Assembly: GCA_040290295.1 (NCBI GenBank)
Contig: PSMW01000012.1
Coordinates: 37,519-101,518 of the forward strand
Source of the DNA: Ignavibacteria bacterium
Lineage (GTDB): Bacteria > Bacteroidota > Ignavibacteria > UBA10030 > UBA6906
Direction: 5' to 3'
Length of the DNA: 64,000 nucleotides
Shown in pieces: positions 45,843-55,016 of this stretch. The position numbers were made by a program, and so were the translations under genes. A model generated the notes under the pieces. The model was not told the DNA's origin and searched no databases. It saw only the letters and a list, made by a program, of their open reading frames with translations. The number at the start of each line of letters is the position of its first letter. The stretch's first letter is position 1.

Positions 45843-47048
45843 TCAAACATCCTCTACCGCCATGTGATGGTGCTCTGCCACGCCTCTGTTTCGTGCCCGA
45901 ACATTTTTGACCACCTCTGCCACACGCATTGCGGCATAGTGGATTTCTTCTTCGGTCGTGAATCGTCCCAGCCCGAAGCGAATCGAACATTTCGCTTCGT
46001 CGATACTCAACCCGATTGCTCTCAAGACGTGCGATGGTTCAGCCTGCGCGGACGAACAGGCTGAACCGGAGGAGACCGCTACATCCTTCATTTCCATCAT
46101 CACTCGATCGGCAGGAGCGCCAACGAATGTGATGTTCGCGTTGTTGGGCAAGCGCTCGGTGGGATGGCCGTTCAGTTTGGAGTGCTCGACTGTCGAGAGA
46201 AGTTTCTCCACCAACATGTTGCGTAAGGTCTCCGTACGAACGCGCTCAGTCGCCATCTCCTCGCCTGCGATGCGAGCCGCCTCGCCAAACCCGACAATCG
46301 CCGGCACATTCAACGTACCGGAACGTAGCCCCCGCTCGTGCCCTCCTCCGTCGATGAGCGGCCGAACGTTGAGTCGAGGTGAAGCTTTCCGCACGAAGAG
46401 AGCGCCGATCCCTTTCGGTCCGTACATCTTGTGTGCACTGAAGGACATAAGGTCGATGTGCAGTGTCTTCACATCGAGAGGCAACTTACCGAACGCTTGC
46501 GTTGCATCCGTATGGAACAGTATCCCGCGCTCTGTGCACAACGTGCCGATCGCGTGGATGGGAGCAAGAGTACCTATCTCGTTGTTCGCCGCCATAATGC
46601 TGACCAGTATCGTTTCGTGCGTCATCGCCCGCTCGATGCCTTCCAGCGAAACCGCCCCGAAGGAATCGACGGGAAGGATCGTCACGCGATAGCCGTAACG
46701 CTCCAACCGCTTGCAGCAATCCAACACTGCCTTATGTTCCGTCGCCGCAGTAATGATGTGTCTTCCCTTTGATGCGTATCCTTCGGCGACCCCCTTGAGC
46801 GCGAGATTGATAGACTCCGTTGCACCGCTCGTGAAAACGATTTCTTCAGCTTCAGCCGCGACCAGGTTCGCAATCTGCTTCCTGCTGTTTTCGACGGCGG
46901 CTTCGGCTCTCCACCCGAATTCATGCTGCCTGCTCGCCGCGTTGCCATAATGTTCGGAGAAATACGGCAACATCGCCTCGAGCACTCTTGGATCGACGCG
47001 CGTCGTTGCATGATTGTCGAGATAGATTGGAAGTCGGAGCGTACTCAT
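45843..47048 (-). CDS. iscS: Cysteine desulfurase, IscS/NifS class I
   Basis: From ATG 47048 (ATGA overlap with the iscR stop): IYLDNHATTRVDPRVLEAMLPYF, SFSAHKMYGPKGIGALFV, SSGSACSS (active-site Cys). Confidence 0.92.
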   Translation of the reverse strand: MSTLRLPIYLDNHATTRVDPRVLEAMLPYFSEHYGNAASRQHEFGWRAEAAVENSRKQIANLVAAEAEEIVFTSGATESINLALKGVAEGYASKGRHIITAATEHKAVLDCCKRLERYGYRVTILPVDSFGAVSLEGIERAMTHETILVSIMAANNEIGTLAPIHAIGTLCTERGILFHTDATQAFGKLPLDVKTLHIDLMSFSAHKMYGPKGIGALFVRKASPRLNVRPLIDGGGHERGLRSGTLNVPAIVGFGEAARIAGEEMATERVRTETLRNMLVEKLLSTVEHSKLNGHPTERLPNNANITFVGAPADRVMMEMKDVAVSSGSACSSAQAEPSHVLRAIGLSIDEAKCSIRFGLGRFTTEEEIHYAAMRVAEVVKNVRARNRGVAEHHHMAVEDV

Positions 47049-47449
47049 ACAATTTGTGCTAAGGTCATACTGCTGAACGCCTGTTCGATGTTCGCTTGCA
47101 CTTTCGTCAGAGGCAATTTGATGGTGCAGTTGCGAAAGACTTCGCAGCTCTCCGGTCCTTCTGCCATGCACTGAGCAATGGCGGGTAGGTTCCCTTCGAT
47201 GGCATTGATGATCATCGAAATCGAGATCTCGTTCGGATTCTTTGCTAACGTATAGCCACCACGCACACCTTGCTGCGACGCAACCAAGCCCGCTCGAGCG
47301 AGTCGCTGAAGGACTTTCGCCACCAACTCATACGAGATTCGATGCTTGTCGGCAATCTCCTTCGCTGTCACGACATCGCCGTTGGATTGGAGGGCGATGT
47401 AGCGAATCGCAATCAAACCGTACTCAACTTTTTTCGAAAGTCTAACCAC
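47045..47449 (-). CDS. iscR: Rrf2-family transcriptional regulator (IscR-like, three-Cys cluster ligands)
   Basis: VRLSKKVEYGLIAIRYIA...TAKEIADKHRISYELVAKVLQRLARAGLV..QGVRGGYTLA. The Cys triad lies in AQCMAEGPESCEVFRNC. The start appears to be GTG (47449). Confidence 0.85.
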   Translation of the reverse strand: MVRLSKKVEYGLIAIRYIALQSNGDVVTAKEIADKHRISYELVAKVLQRLARAGLVASQQGVRGGYTLAKNPNEISISMIINAIEGNLPAIAQCMAEGPESCEVFRNCTIKLPLTKVQANIEQAFSSMTLAQIV

Positions 47450-47459
47450 TGCAAAATCC

Positions 47460-47472
47460 GACTGGATCAGTC
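47460..47472. promoter_or_regulatory. Inverted repeat GACTG-GAT-CAGTC, candidate IscR/Rrf2 operator core
   Basis: A perfect 5+5 inverted repeat 10 nt upstream of the iscR start codon. It resembles the GACT-N5-AGTC core of type-1 IscR sites (as I recall the consensus ATASYYGACTRWWWYAGTCRRSTAT). An A9T7 tract (47485-47500) and a minus-strand TTGACA (47521-47516) lie just upstream. Confidence 0.4.
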
Positions 47473-47826
47473 TTACTTAACGGCAAAAAAAAATTTTTTT
47501 CCCTTCCACCCGTCTTGTCAACACCCGTTTGCCAGAATGCGGTTCCTTCAAAGTCTTGTCGCCAACCAACACCGAATTCCGTCATGCAAAAGATAGACAA
47601 AATGAAACAAACATACAACCGTCCCCTCGGATCGGATGCGGCATGCATGGTGGATCGCGTTCGCAACCGAACGACGTTCACCTCCTACGATACGCAGCGC
47701 GCCGCACGTCGTATTGTTGATTGCATCCGTCATGCAATTTGGGTATTTTTTGAGCGGTGTTTACACAACGCACCCACCTTTGTTCATGTATTCATGCAAT
47801 GCAGAGAGGTCCCTTCGGAGAGTAAT

Positions 47827-48765
47827 ATGAAGCGTGCGTGCGGCGTTGCGCTTGTGTTGGCGCTCTTCATCCTCATCGGATGTCGAGAAAAACCCAGCCC
47901 GACATCCTCCACTCCACCATCCACATTGACGATATGGGATTCGGTAGGGTTGTCGGGAACCATTGTGCGAAGCTTTGCTACGGATGGGCGCCGCTTCTTT
48001 GTCGGCACCAACAACGGCTTGTATCGATCGTTGGATAGCGGAAGGACGTGGCTGTTCACGCCCACCATCAACGGAGGCAAGGTGTTCGTCGGCGTCATGA
48101 TCGAGGGTGGGCGCGTTCTCGCCGGCAGCGATAGTGCCTTGTCGATCTCCTTCAATGACGGCGTGAGTTGGACACCGATCATTTCGCCTATCAGCGTCCT
48201 TGATCTTACACGCGGTACCGGGTTCCTGTTCGCCGCAACATCGTTCGGTGTGCTTCGGTCTTCCAACAGCGGAACCAATTGGACGTTCATCAACAACGGC
48301 ATCCCGTCGGATTTACCGGGATTCAAGGGACTAGCTGGCGCCAACGCATTGTTATTTCTCGCACTCAGCGCCACCGCATACGTCTCCACGAACAGCGGCG
48401 ACACGTGGAGCCCCGCGCAAACCGCTTGGGCGCCGAACACCCTCACACGCGTGTTCGTGAATGAGAACATCATTTACGCTGCAACAACTGGCGCCATGTA
48501 CAACTCGCGAACGCAAGGAGCCTCTTGGCTTCCTGCCTCCATCAGCATTCCCGATACCGCGCGCGTAACCGACATGGCCGCAACAACATCTGCAGTGTAC
48601 TGCTCGACAGAGAACAACGGTGTTTATTCGACAGCCAATGGCGGCATCACATGGCTCTCCTTCACCTACAATTTGCCTGATCGGCGTGTCGCTGCTCTTG
48701 CCTCCGACGGGCGTTCACTCTATGCTGCCACTGTGCGAAGTGGTATCTGGCGAGCAACGCAATGA
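47827..48765 (+). CDS. Lipoprotein with six BNR/Asp-box repeats (Ycf48-like / sialidase-like beta-propeller)
   Basis: From ATG 47827: MKRACGVALVLALFILIGC lipobox. The Asp-boxes are SLDSGRTW, SFNDGVSW, SSNSGTNW, STNSGDTW, SRTQGASW and TANGGITW, spaced about 45-50 aa apart. Upstream track codons look non-coding. Confidence 0.75.
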   Translation: MKRACGVALVLALFILIGCREKPSPTSSTPPSTLTIWDSVGLSGTIVRSFATDGRRFFVGTNNGLYRSLDSGRTWLFTPTINGGKVFVGVMIEGGRVLAGSDSALSISFNDGVSWTPIISPISVLDLTRGTGFLFAATSFGVLRSSNSGTNWTFINNGIPSDLPGFKGLAGANALLFLALSATAYVSTNSGDTWSPAQTAWAPNTLTRVFVNENIIYAATTGAMYNSRTQGASWLPASISIPDTARVTDMAATTSAVYCSTENNGVYSTANGGITWLSFTYNLPDRRVAALASDGRSLYAATVRSGIWRATQ

Positions 48766-49733
48766 AGTATCCGAAGCCTGAAGCCGACTCGACCACCGTG
48801 CACGCTATTCTCACGCATTCTCTCACGAAGATTTACAAGGACGCTTTCAACAGACATCCCTCCGTTACCGCACTTCGTGACGTATCGCTCGAAGTCCGAC
48901 AAGGAGAGATTTTCGGCTTGCTCGGACCCAACGGCGCGGGAAAGACGACGTTCGTCAAAATCCTCTTGGGCTTCGTGCGGCAATCCGCCGGGCGGGCGAT
49001 GCTCTTGGGCGTGCCATTGCCGAACGTTGAGGTTCGAACACGAATCGGGTACTTACCTGAGGCACACCGTTATCCCAGCTACCTGACTCCGGTTGAAGTG
49101 CTGATGCTGTTCGGAGGGCTGAGCAAAATGCCGCGTGCGGCAATTGCCTCACGCATCTCCACGCTCCTTCCGTTGGTCGGGCTCGAACAGTGGAAGGGAA
49201 TGAAGGTGCGAAGGTTCTCGAAGGGTATGCTGCAACGGCTCGGATTGGCGCAGGCGCTCATCAACGATCCTCCATTGTTGTTCCTCGATGAACCGACGGA
49301 CGGCGTTGATCCTGTCGGACGGAAAGAGGTTCGCGATCTCCTCGTACGCCTCAAGCACGAGGGCAAGACCATCTTTCTCAACTCCCATCTTCTTTCGGAA
49401 GTCGAGATGATCTCGGACCGCGTTGCCATCCTCGACAAAGGAACGATCCTCAAGGTGGGAACGGTAGAAGAATTGACGAGGAGAAGCAACCTCTACGACA
49501 TCGGTGTAGCGGGCGAGGTGCCCGAAGCATTTCACCATGAAGCTGCCGCAAACGTGCTGGCGTTTCGCATGAACGGTAACGTTATGACCGCCGAAGTGAA
49601 GGATGTGCAGGAGTTGAACCGATTCGTTGATACGCTTCGCAAGCATGGTGTTCTCATCACATACCTTGCACAGAGGAAGAGTTCGCTCGAAGAGTCGTTC
49701 CTCGCATTACTCAAGCGGGAGATGGCACCATGA
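48762..49733 (+). CDS. ABC transporter ATP-binding protein (ABC-2 subfamily type)
   Basis: [12 protein letters not shown] (Walker A), [15 protein letters not shown] (signature), [12 protein letters not shown] (Walker B). ATGA overlap with the upstream gene. Confidence 0.92.
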   Translation: MKYPKPEADSTTVHAILTHSLTKIYKDAFNRHPSVTALRDVSLEVRQGEIFGLLGPNGAGKTTFVKILLGFVRQSAGRAMLLGVPLPNVEVRTRIGYLPEAHRYPSYLTPVEVLMLFGGLSKMPRAAIASRISTLLPLVGLEQWKGMKVRRFSKGMLQRLGLAQALINDPPLLFLDEPTDGVDPVGRKEVRDLLVRLKHEGKTIFLNSHLLSEVEMISDRVAILDKGTILKVGTVEELTRRSNLYDIGVAGEVPEAFHHEAAANVLAFRMNGNVMTAEVKDVQELNRFVDTLRKHGVLITYLAQRKSSLEESFLALLKREMAP

Positions 49734-50560
49734 GCATCTTGACACTCATCCGAGGAACGATTCGAGAGCTCCTTTCGAAAGCGACGCTCTACGTTCTGCT
49801 GGGCATTTCGACGTTGGTCCTGCTGGGAACACTTGTCGCAATTTCCGCACAACAAACGAACGAAGGGATCGTGCTTCACCTCTTCGGCTTACCGATCAGT
49901 ACGCCGGCGCAGCCGGAAGAACTCATGCCTTCCGTGTACAACATGCAAGCAGGATTGGCAAGAGGACTCTTTGTCGGCATCATGCTGTTCGGCGTTTTCG
50001 CCACAGCAAGCCTGATTCCCGATAGTTTGGAGAAAGGCATCGTTGATCTGTATTTGTCGAAGCCACTGGCGCGATGGGAACTCCTGGCAGGAAGATCACT
50101 CGGCGGCGTGTGCGCAATCGGCGCGGTGACGGTTTACTTTATTGCCGGTGTGTGGTTGACGTTCGGTATACGTGCAGGTGTGTGGAATGTTCACTTCTTG
50201 CTTTCCTCGATAACGATGACGCTCATGTTCGCCGTGATCGGCTCGATGCTCGCAGTGTTGGGAGTTATCTTTCGCAACGCGGCCGTTCCCATCATCGGCT
50301 GCTTTCTCTACCTCATGGTAGTGGACAATCTGCTCGACAGCCGACAAACGGTCTTGTACATGCTCTCGGAGAATCCACTCTACCGCACCGCGTGCGACGT
50401 GTTCTCCTACGCGTTGCCGCAGGTCTCGAGCATGCAGCGTGAACTGTCCAATCAGATTCTGCAACGCCCGGTTGCATGGCAGGCATTCCTTCAACCGATT
50501 CTCTCGGCGTTCGGTCTGTTTGGCGTCGCGGCGTTCATCATGCACCGGAAGGATTTCTAA
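49730..50560 (+). CDS. ABC-2-type transporter permease
   Basis: 276 aa, about 6 TM helices, translationally coupled (ATGA) to the ATPase. The substrate is unknown. Confidence 0.75.
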   Translation: MSILTLIRGTIRELLSKATLYVLLGISTLVLLGTLVAISAQQTNEGIVLHLFGLPISTPAQPEELMPSVYNMQAGLARGLFVGIMLFGVFATASLIPDSLEKGIVDLYLSKPLARWELLAGRSLGGVCAIGAVTVYFIAGVWLTFGIRAGVWNVHFLLSSITMTLMFAVIGSMLAVLGVIFRNAAVPIIGCFLYLMVVDNLLDSRQTVLYMLSENPLYRTACDVFSYALPQVSSMQRELSNQILQRPVAWQAFLQPILSAFGLFGVAAFIMHRKDF

Positions 50561-50586
50561 ACAGTTTCATCACACGGAATGGGAAT

Positions 50587-51573
50587 ATGACACAAAAACT
50601 CACCATCGGAGACCTCGAGTCACCGCTCCTTGCCAAACGGAAATTGAAAGACGAGTTCAGTCTCGTCGGCGTTATCGGCTTGGGAGTGATGGGTCAGGGG
50701 ATAGCACAAACTGTTTCCGCTGCCGGCATCGAGGTGATTGTTGTGGAGAAGAACGAAGCACGCCTAAAGGCAGGCATCGAAGCGCTCAACAAGTCGATGG
50801 ACCTGGACATCAAACGCTGGGGCGTGACGGAATCCGAAAAGCGAGCTATTCTCTCTCGCATTCGTACCACCACCAATCTTGCCGACCTCAAGACGTGCGA
50901 TATCATCATTGAGGCAATCGATGAGAACTTCGAGGCGAAGCGCCAGCTCATCGAGGCGTTCTATTCTGTCGCGAAGGAGGATGCGGTGTTCATTTCCAAC
51001 ACCGCAACGCTGAGTTTGACAAAACTCGCTCAATCCAGCAAGCGACCCGACAGGATCATCGGGATGCACTTTCTGAATCCTGTACCACGCGTACCGTTGG
51101 TCGAGATTGTCCGCGGAATGAAAACCTCCGACGAAACCTACAACCTCGTCAAGCGTTTTGCAGAGCGGATCGGCAAAACGCCTGTGGAGGTATTCGAGTA
51201 TCCCGGCTTCATCACCACGCGCATCATTTTGCCTATGCTGAACGAAGCGATGCACGTGCTCATGGAGGGCATCGCCAAAGCCGAAGATATCGACACAGCG
51301 ATGCACCTCGGCTACAGCATGCAAGCAGGACCGTTAGAAATGGCGGACGCAATGGGGTTGGACGAAGTCCTGATGTGGATGGAGACGCTCTTTCACGAAT
51401 TGGGCGAGCCTCGCTACCGTCCGTGCCCGCTGTTACGGCGCATGGTGCGCGAGCGGCGATTGGGAAAGAAAGTGGGCGAAGGATTTTTCCGCTACGATGA
51501 CAATGGCAGGCGCATCCCCTCGGCGCGCAGTGAAGTCAATACCTCGACACCAACGCATTCCTTTGACCGATGA
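50587..51573 (+). CDS. hbd: 3-hydroxyacyl-CoA / 3-hydroxybutyryl-CoA dehydrogenase
   Basis: From ATG 50587: VGVIGLGVMGQGIAQ (Rossmann), IIEAIDENFEAKRQL, SNTATLSL, GMHFLNPVP, PGFITTRI, GPLEMADAMGLD. Confidence 0.88.
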   Translation: MTQKLTIGDLESPLLAKRKLKDEFSLVGVIGLGVMGQGIAQTVSAAGIEVIVVEKNEARLKAGIEALNKSMDLDIKRWGVTESEKRAILSRIRTTTNLADLKTCDIIIEAIDENFEAKRQLIEAFYSVAKEDAVFISNTATLSLTKLAQSSKRPDRIIGMHFLNPVPRVPLVEIVRGMKTSDETYNLVKRFAERIGKTPVEVFEYPGFITTRIILPMLNEAMHVLMEGIAKAEDIDTAMHLGYSMQAGPLEMADAMGLDEVLMWMETLFHELGEPRYRPCPLLRRMVRERRLGKKVGEGFFRYDDNGRRIPSARSEVNTSTPTHSFDR

Positions 51574-52778
51574 ATATTCTCGTCCTCAATTGCGGCAGTT
51601 CGTCCGTCAAGTATCAGCTCATCGAAGTCAACGATCGCAAGTGGCTTGCGCGCGGCAGCGTCGAACGGATCGGCATGAGCGGTGCCACGCTCAAGAATGT
51701 TCGGTATGATGGAGATGAGATCACCATTGCGGGCGAAATCGTCGATCATATCGTTGCCATCGAGTACATCCTTGCCGTCATGCTCAGCCGCAATCACGGC
51801 GTTATCGAAGACAAGTCGCAGATTCACGCCATCGGACATCGCGTGGTGCATGGCGGTGAAACGTTCACGGATTCGGTGTTGATTACCGATGAGGTGATCA
51901 AAGGAATACGGGAGAACTTCGAGCTTGCACCGTTACACAATCCACACAACCTTCGCGGCATTAACGCCTGTCAGGTGAACCTGCCGGGCACGCCGCAGGT
52001 TGCGGTGTTCGATACGGCGTTCCATCAGAAGATGCCGCGCAGAGCGTTCCTCTATGGCATTCCGTACTCGCTCTACACACAATACAAAATCCGGCGTTAT
52101 GGCTTTCACGGCGCGTCACACCGCTACGTTGCCGAACGAGCAGCCGAACTTCTCGCTCGCCCGCTGAGCGATCTCAAGCTCATCACATGTCATCTGGGTA
52201 ACGGCTGCAGCATGGCTGCCCTCGAGGGCGGTATTTCGATCGACACGTCGATGGGCTTCACACCACTCGAAGGATTGTTGATGGGCACTCGTTCGGGCGA
52301 CATCGACCCTTCGGTGATCCTTTACATCATGGGGAAAGAAGGATTGACCCTTGCCGAGGCAAACACGCTCTTGAATAAGCACAGTGGGCTGCAGGGCATT
52401 TCCGGTATCAGCAGCGACATGCGGGAGATTATTCAAGAGATGAAAAATGGCGATAAGAAAGCGAAGTATGCATTCGACGTTTTCTGTTATCGGGTCAAGA
52501 AGTATATCGGCGCGTACGCGGCAGCCTTGGGCGGCGTTGACGCTGTGGTGTTCACCGGCGGCATCGGCGAGAACAGTCCGGATGTTCGCAAGGCATGTTG
52601 CGACACCATGAGCTACTTCGGCATCACGCTGGACGACGCGGCGAACGAGTCGAGCGAAACGGAAAAGGATATTGCCACACCCGAAGCACGTACGCGCGTC
52701 CTTGTGATTCCTACAAACGAAGAACTGGTGATCGCATTAGACACCATGGCGATCGTCAGAGCCAAAAGGGGCGCGTGA
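51570..52778 (+). CDS. ackA: Acetate kinase
   Basis: MNILVLNCGSSSVKYQL, GHRVVHGG, HNPHNL, FDTAFHQ, RRYGFHGASH, CHLGNGCS, VFTGGIGEN, IPTNEELVIA. Confidence 0.95.
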   Translation: MNILVLNCGSSSVKYQLIEVNDRKWLARGSVERIGMSGATLKNVRYDGDEITIAGEIVDHIVAIEYILAVMLSRNHGVIEDKSQIHAIGHRVVHGGETFTDSVLITDEVIKGIRENFELAPLHNPHNLRGINACQVNLPGTPQVAVFDTAFHQKMPRRAFLYGIPYSLYTQYKIRRYGFHGASHRYVAERAAELLARPLSDLKLITCHLGNGCSMAALEGGISIDTSMGFTPLEGLLMGTRSGDIDPSVILYIMGKEGLTLAEANTLLNKHSGLQGISGISSDMREIIQEMKNGDKKAKYAFDVFCYRVKKYIGAYAAALGGVDAVVFTGGIGENSPDVRKACCDTMSYFGITLDDAANESSETEKDIATPEARTRVLVIPTNEELVIALDTMAIVRAKRGA

Positions 52779-52784
52779 GACCTT

Positions 52785-53414
52785 TCAGCGTGGTTCGTGT
52801 GAATCGACGGCCAGTTGTTTGAGGGCGACGTTTCCGCGCGTATGATTCACGAGCTGAGTTTGCACTTCCTCTATCATCGTACGACGAATTTCCAACACGA
52901 TATGGACATCCTCGTCGTACGTGGTATCAAGAATCTTCGCGCCCGTCTTCGAAACAACGTACCTCACGCCGCTGATGTGCGCATGAGGAAAGGTAACGAC
53001 AAGGTGAGCTGTTTTGTAGTGCGTGACTTTCTCAGTCCGGTCGAGCACGAGGTTCGCCGCCGTGTTGTACGCTCGTGCCAATCCTCCTACGCCCAATTTC
53101 GTTCCGCCAAAGTACCGAGCGACGACAATGATGAGGTCGGTCAATCCGTAAGCATCGATCGCTGCAAGGATGGGCTTGCCTGCGGTGCCGTTCGGCTCGC
53201 CTGCGTCGCTGTATCGAAAGTGCGTTCCCTCCGTTCCAAGCCGGTAGGCAAAACAGTGGTGCGTTGCATCCCAAAATTCCTTGCGCACCCGACCAAGGAA
53301 CTGCAACGCCTCCTGCGGCGTTGCAACAGGCAGCGCAGCGGCAAGAAAGCGCGAGCCTTGAATCTTCCATTCCGCTCGTGTTTCCGCCCGAATGCTTGTG
53401 AATTCGTCGGTCAT
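52785..53414 (-). CDS. yigZ: IMPACT/YigZ-family protein (UPF0029)
   Basis: KIQGSRFLAAALPV, DATHHCFAYRLG, YSDAGEPNGTAGKPIL, VVARYFGGTKLGVGGL. Confidence 0.85.
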   Translation of the reverse strand: MTDEFTSIRAETRAEWKIQGSRFLAAALPVATPQEALQFLGRVRKEFWDATHHCFAYRLGTEGTHFRYSDAGEPNGTAGKPILAAIDAYGLTDLIIVVARYFGGTKLGVGGLARAYNTAANLVLDRTEKVTHYKTAHLVVTFPHAHISGVRYVVSKTGAKILDTTYDEDVHIVLEIRRTMIEEVQTQLVNHTRGNVALKQLAVDSHEPR

Positions 53415-53543
53415 AGCTGAAAGATAACGAAGCTATCGATCAAAGGCACGAACACTCCGGAGTCGAGGCGGCGAAAGAAATCCAAAGAGTTCTTGCACCT
53501 TACCACATCGCTCACTATCTTCATGCGGACAACAATTCGACCT

Positions 53544-54680
53544 ATGAAAATTGGCATCGTTTGTTACCCGACCTACGGCGGTAGCGGCGTGGTTGCTACC
53601 GAGCTGGGCAAAGCTCTTGCCGAGCGTGGGCACCAAATTCATTTCATCAGCTATGCAATGCCCATGCGCTTGGAAGGATACTTGGGAAACATCTTCTACC
53701 ATGAAGTGGAGATGGCAAGCTATCCGCTCTTCGAATTTCCCTTGTACACGCCGGCACTGGCGAGCAAGCTCGTCGAGGTTGCGCGGTTTCAGAAACTCGA
53801 CATCATTCATGCTCACTATGCTGTGCCGCATGCGATCAGTGCGTATTTGGCTCGGGAGATCGTCACCAACGGATTGAAGTGCATCACCACGTTACATGGG
53901 ACGGATATCACGCTGGTGGGACTCGAGCCTAGCTTCCTTCCGGTGGTGAAGTTCAGCATCGAACGCAGCGACGGCGTTACGGCAGTCTCACGTTTCTTGC
54001 GCGAGAAGACCATGACCAATCTCGGCATCGAGAAGGACATCGCCGTCATTCCGAACTTCGTGGACACGCAAAAGTATCGCCGCATACCAAGCGAGGAGAT
54101 CACCCAACGCTTTGCTCCGAACGGAGAGAAAATTTTGGTTCACGTCTCGAACTTCCGTGCCGTCAAACGTGTACCGGATGTCATTAGAATTTTTCATGAG
54201 ATACGAAAAAAGGTCCCTGCAACACTCATCCTCGTTGGTGATGGACCCGACCGCTCGGCGTGCGAGCTGTTGGTGAGGGACTTGGGGATTCAAGAGCATG
54301 TCACATTTCTCGGCAAACAATTGGAGCTTGTGCCGATCCTTTCCGCCGCCGATATATTCCTGATGCCGAGCCAGTCCGAAAGCTTCGGTCTTTCGGCACT
54401 CGAGGCGATGGCGTGCGACGTGCCGGTCGTCTCGTCGAGCGTCGGCGGCTTGCCCGAACTGCAAGTGCACGGCGAAACCGGCTACATTGCCGAAATCGGC
54501 GACATCGATCGCATGGCACGCTATGCCATAGAACTTCTCACCAACGAGCCGAAGCATCGCATGTTCGCAGAAGCGGCGCGACGACGCGCAGTCGACCATT
54601 TCGACATTCACAAGATTGTCAACCAGTACGAGGCGTACTACGAGCAGTGCCTTGCCGGCGTACTGGCATTACGCAACTAA
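53544..54680 (+). CDS. bshA: N-acetyl-alpha-D-glucosaminyl L-malate synthase (bacillithiol biosynthesis GT4)
   Basis: From ATG 53544: MKIGIVCYPTYGGSGVVATELGKALAERGHQIHFISY... and ESFGLSALEAMACDVPVVSSSVGGLPE. The N-terminal block is very characteristic of BshA. A TTGCAC-N17-TATCTT promoter-like element lies at 53493-53521. Confidence 0.8.
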   Translation: MKIGIVCYPTYGGSGVVATELGKALAERGHQIHFISYAMPMRLEGYLGNIFYHEVEMASYPLFEFPLYTPALASKLVEVARFQKLDIIHAHYAVPHAISAYLAREIVTNGLKCITTLHGTDITLVGLEPSFLPVVKFSIERSDGVTAVSRFLREKTMTNLGIEKDIAVIPNFVDTQKYRRIPSEEITQRFAPNGEKILVHVSNFRAVKRVPDVIRIFHEIRKKVPATLILVGDGPDRSACELLVRDLGIQEHVTFLGKQLELVPILSAADIFLMPSQSESFGLSALEAMACDVPVVSSSVGGLPELQVHGETGYIAEIGDIDRMARYAIELLTNEPKHRMFAEAARRRAVDHFDIHKIVNQYEAYYEQCLAGVLALRN

Positions 54681-54692
54681 CTCTCTTCTATC

Positions 54693-54998
54693 ATGATCAT
54701 CGATGTTGTCCACATAGCAAAATCCAAGAAGCCGACGTTGGAGGAACTGACGGCAATCCTCGCACAGGAAGGCTTGCAATGGGAATTGTACTCCGACACG
54801 CCGGGGACGAAGTACGGCAGACACAAGCATGATTTCGACGACTTCATCGTCGTGGTGCAGGGACAAATGAAGTTGGGAACCGACCAGAGCGTGTGGATTT
54901 TGAAACCCGGCGATCGGATCGACCTGCCGAAGAACACCGTTCATTGGGCGGAAATGTTGGGGAAGGTGGAAGTGCAGTACCTCAGCGCTGCAAAGTAG
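54693..54998 (+). CDS. Small cupin-domain protein
   Basis: 101 aa. GRHKHDFDDFIVVVQGQMKL...PGDRIDLPKNTVHWAE shows the cupin motifs G(X)5HxH-like and PxG...H. Confidence 0.7.
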   Translation: MIIDVVHIAKSKKPTLEELTAILAQEGLQWELYSDTPGTKYGRHKHDFDDFIVVVQGQMKLGTDQSVWILKPGDRIDLPKNTVHWAEMLGKVEVQYLSAAK

Positions 54999-55016
54999 CG
55001 CGAAGCGTTCACGCTG

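Noticed and set aside
47449-47827. Possible replication origin at the switch from minus-strand genes (left) to plus-strand genes (right), with an A9T7 tract
   Set aside because: No DnaA-box-like 9-mers (TTATCCACA or variants) are visible, and there is no dnaA, dnaN or parAB nearby. Gene orientation switches back to minus after about 55 kb. The region is better explained as a divergent promoter region for iscR and the BNR/ABC operon.
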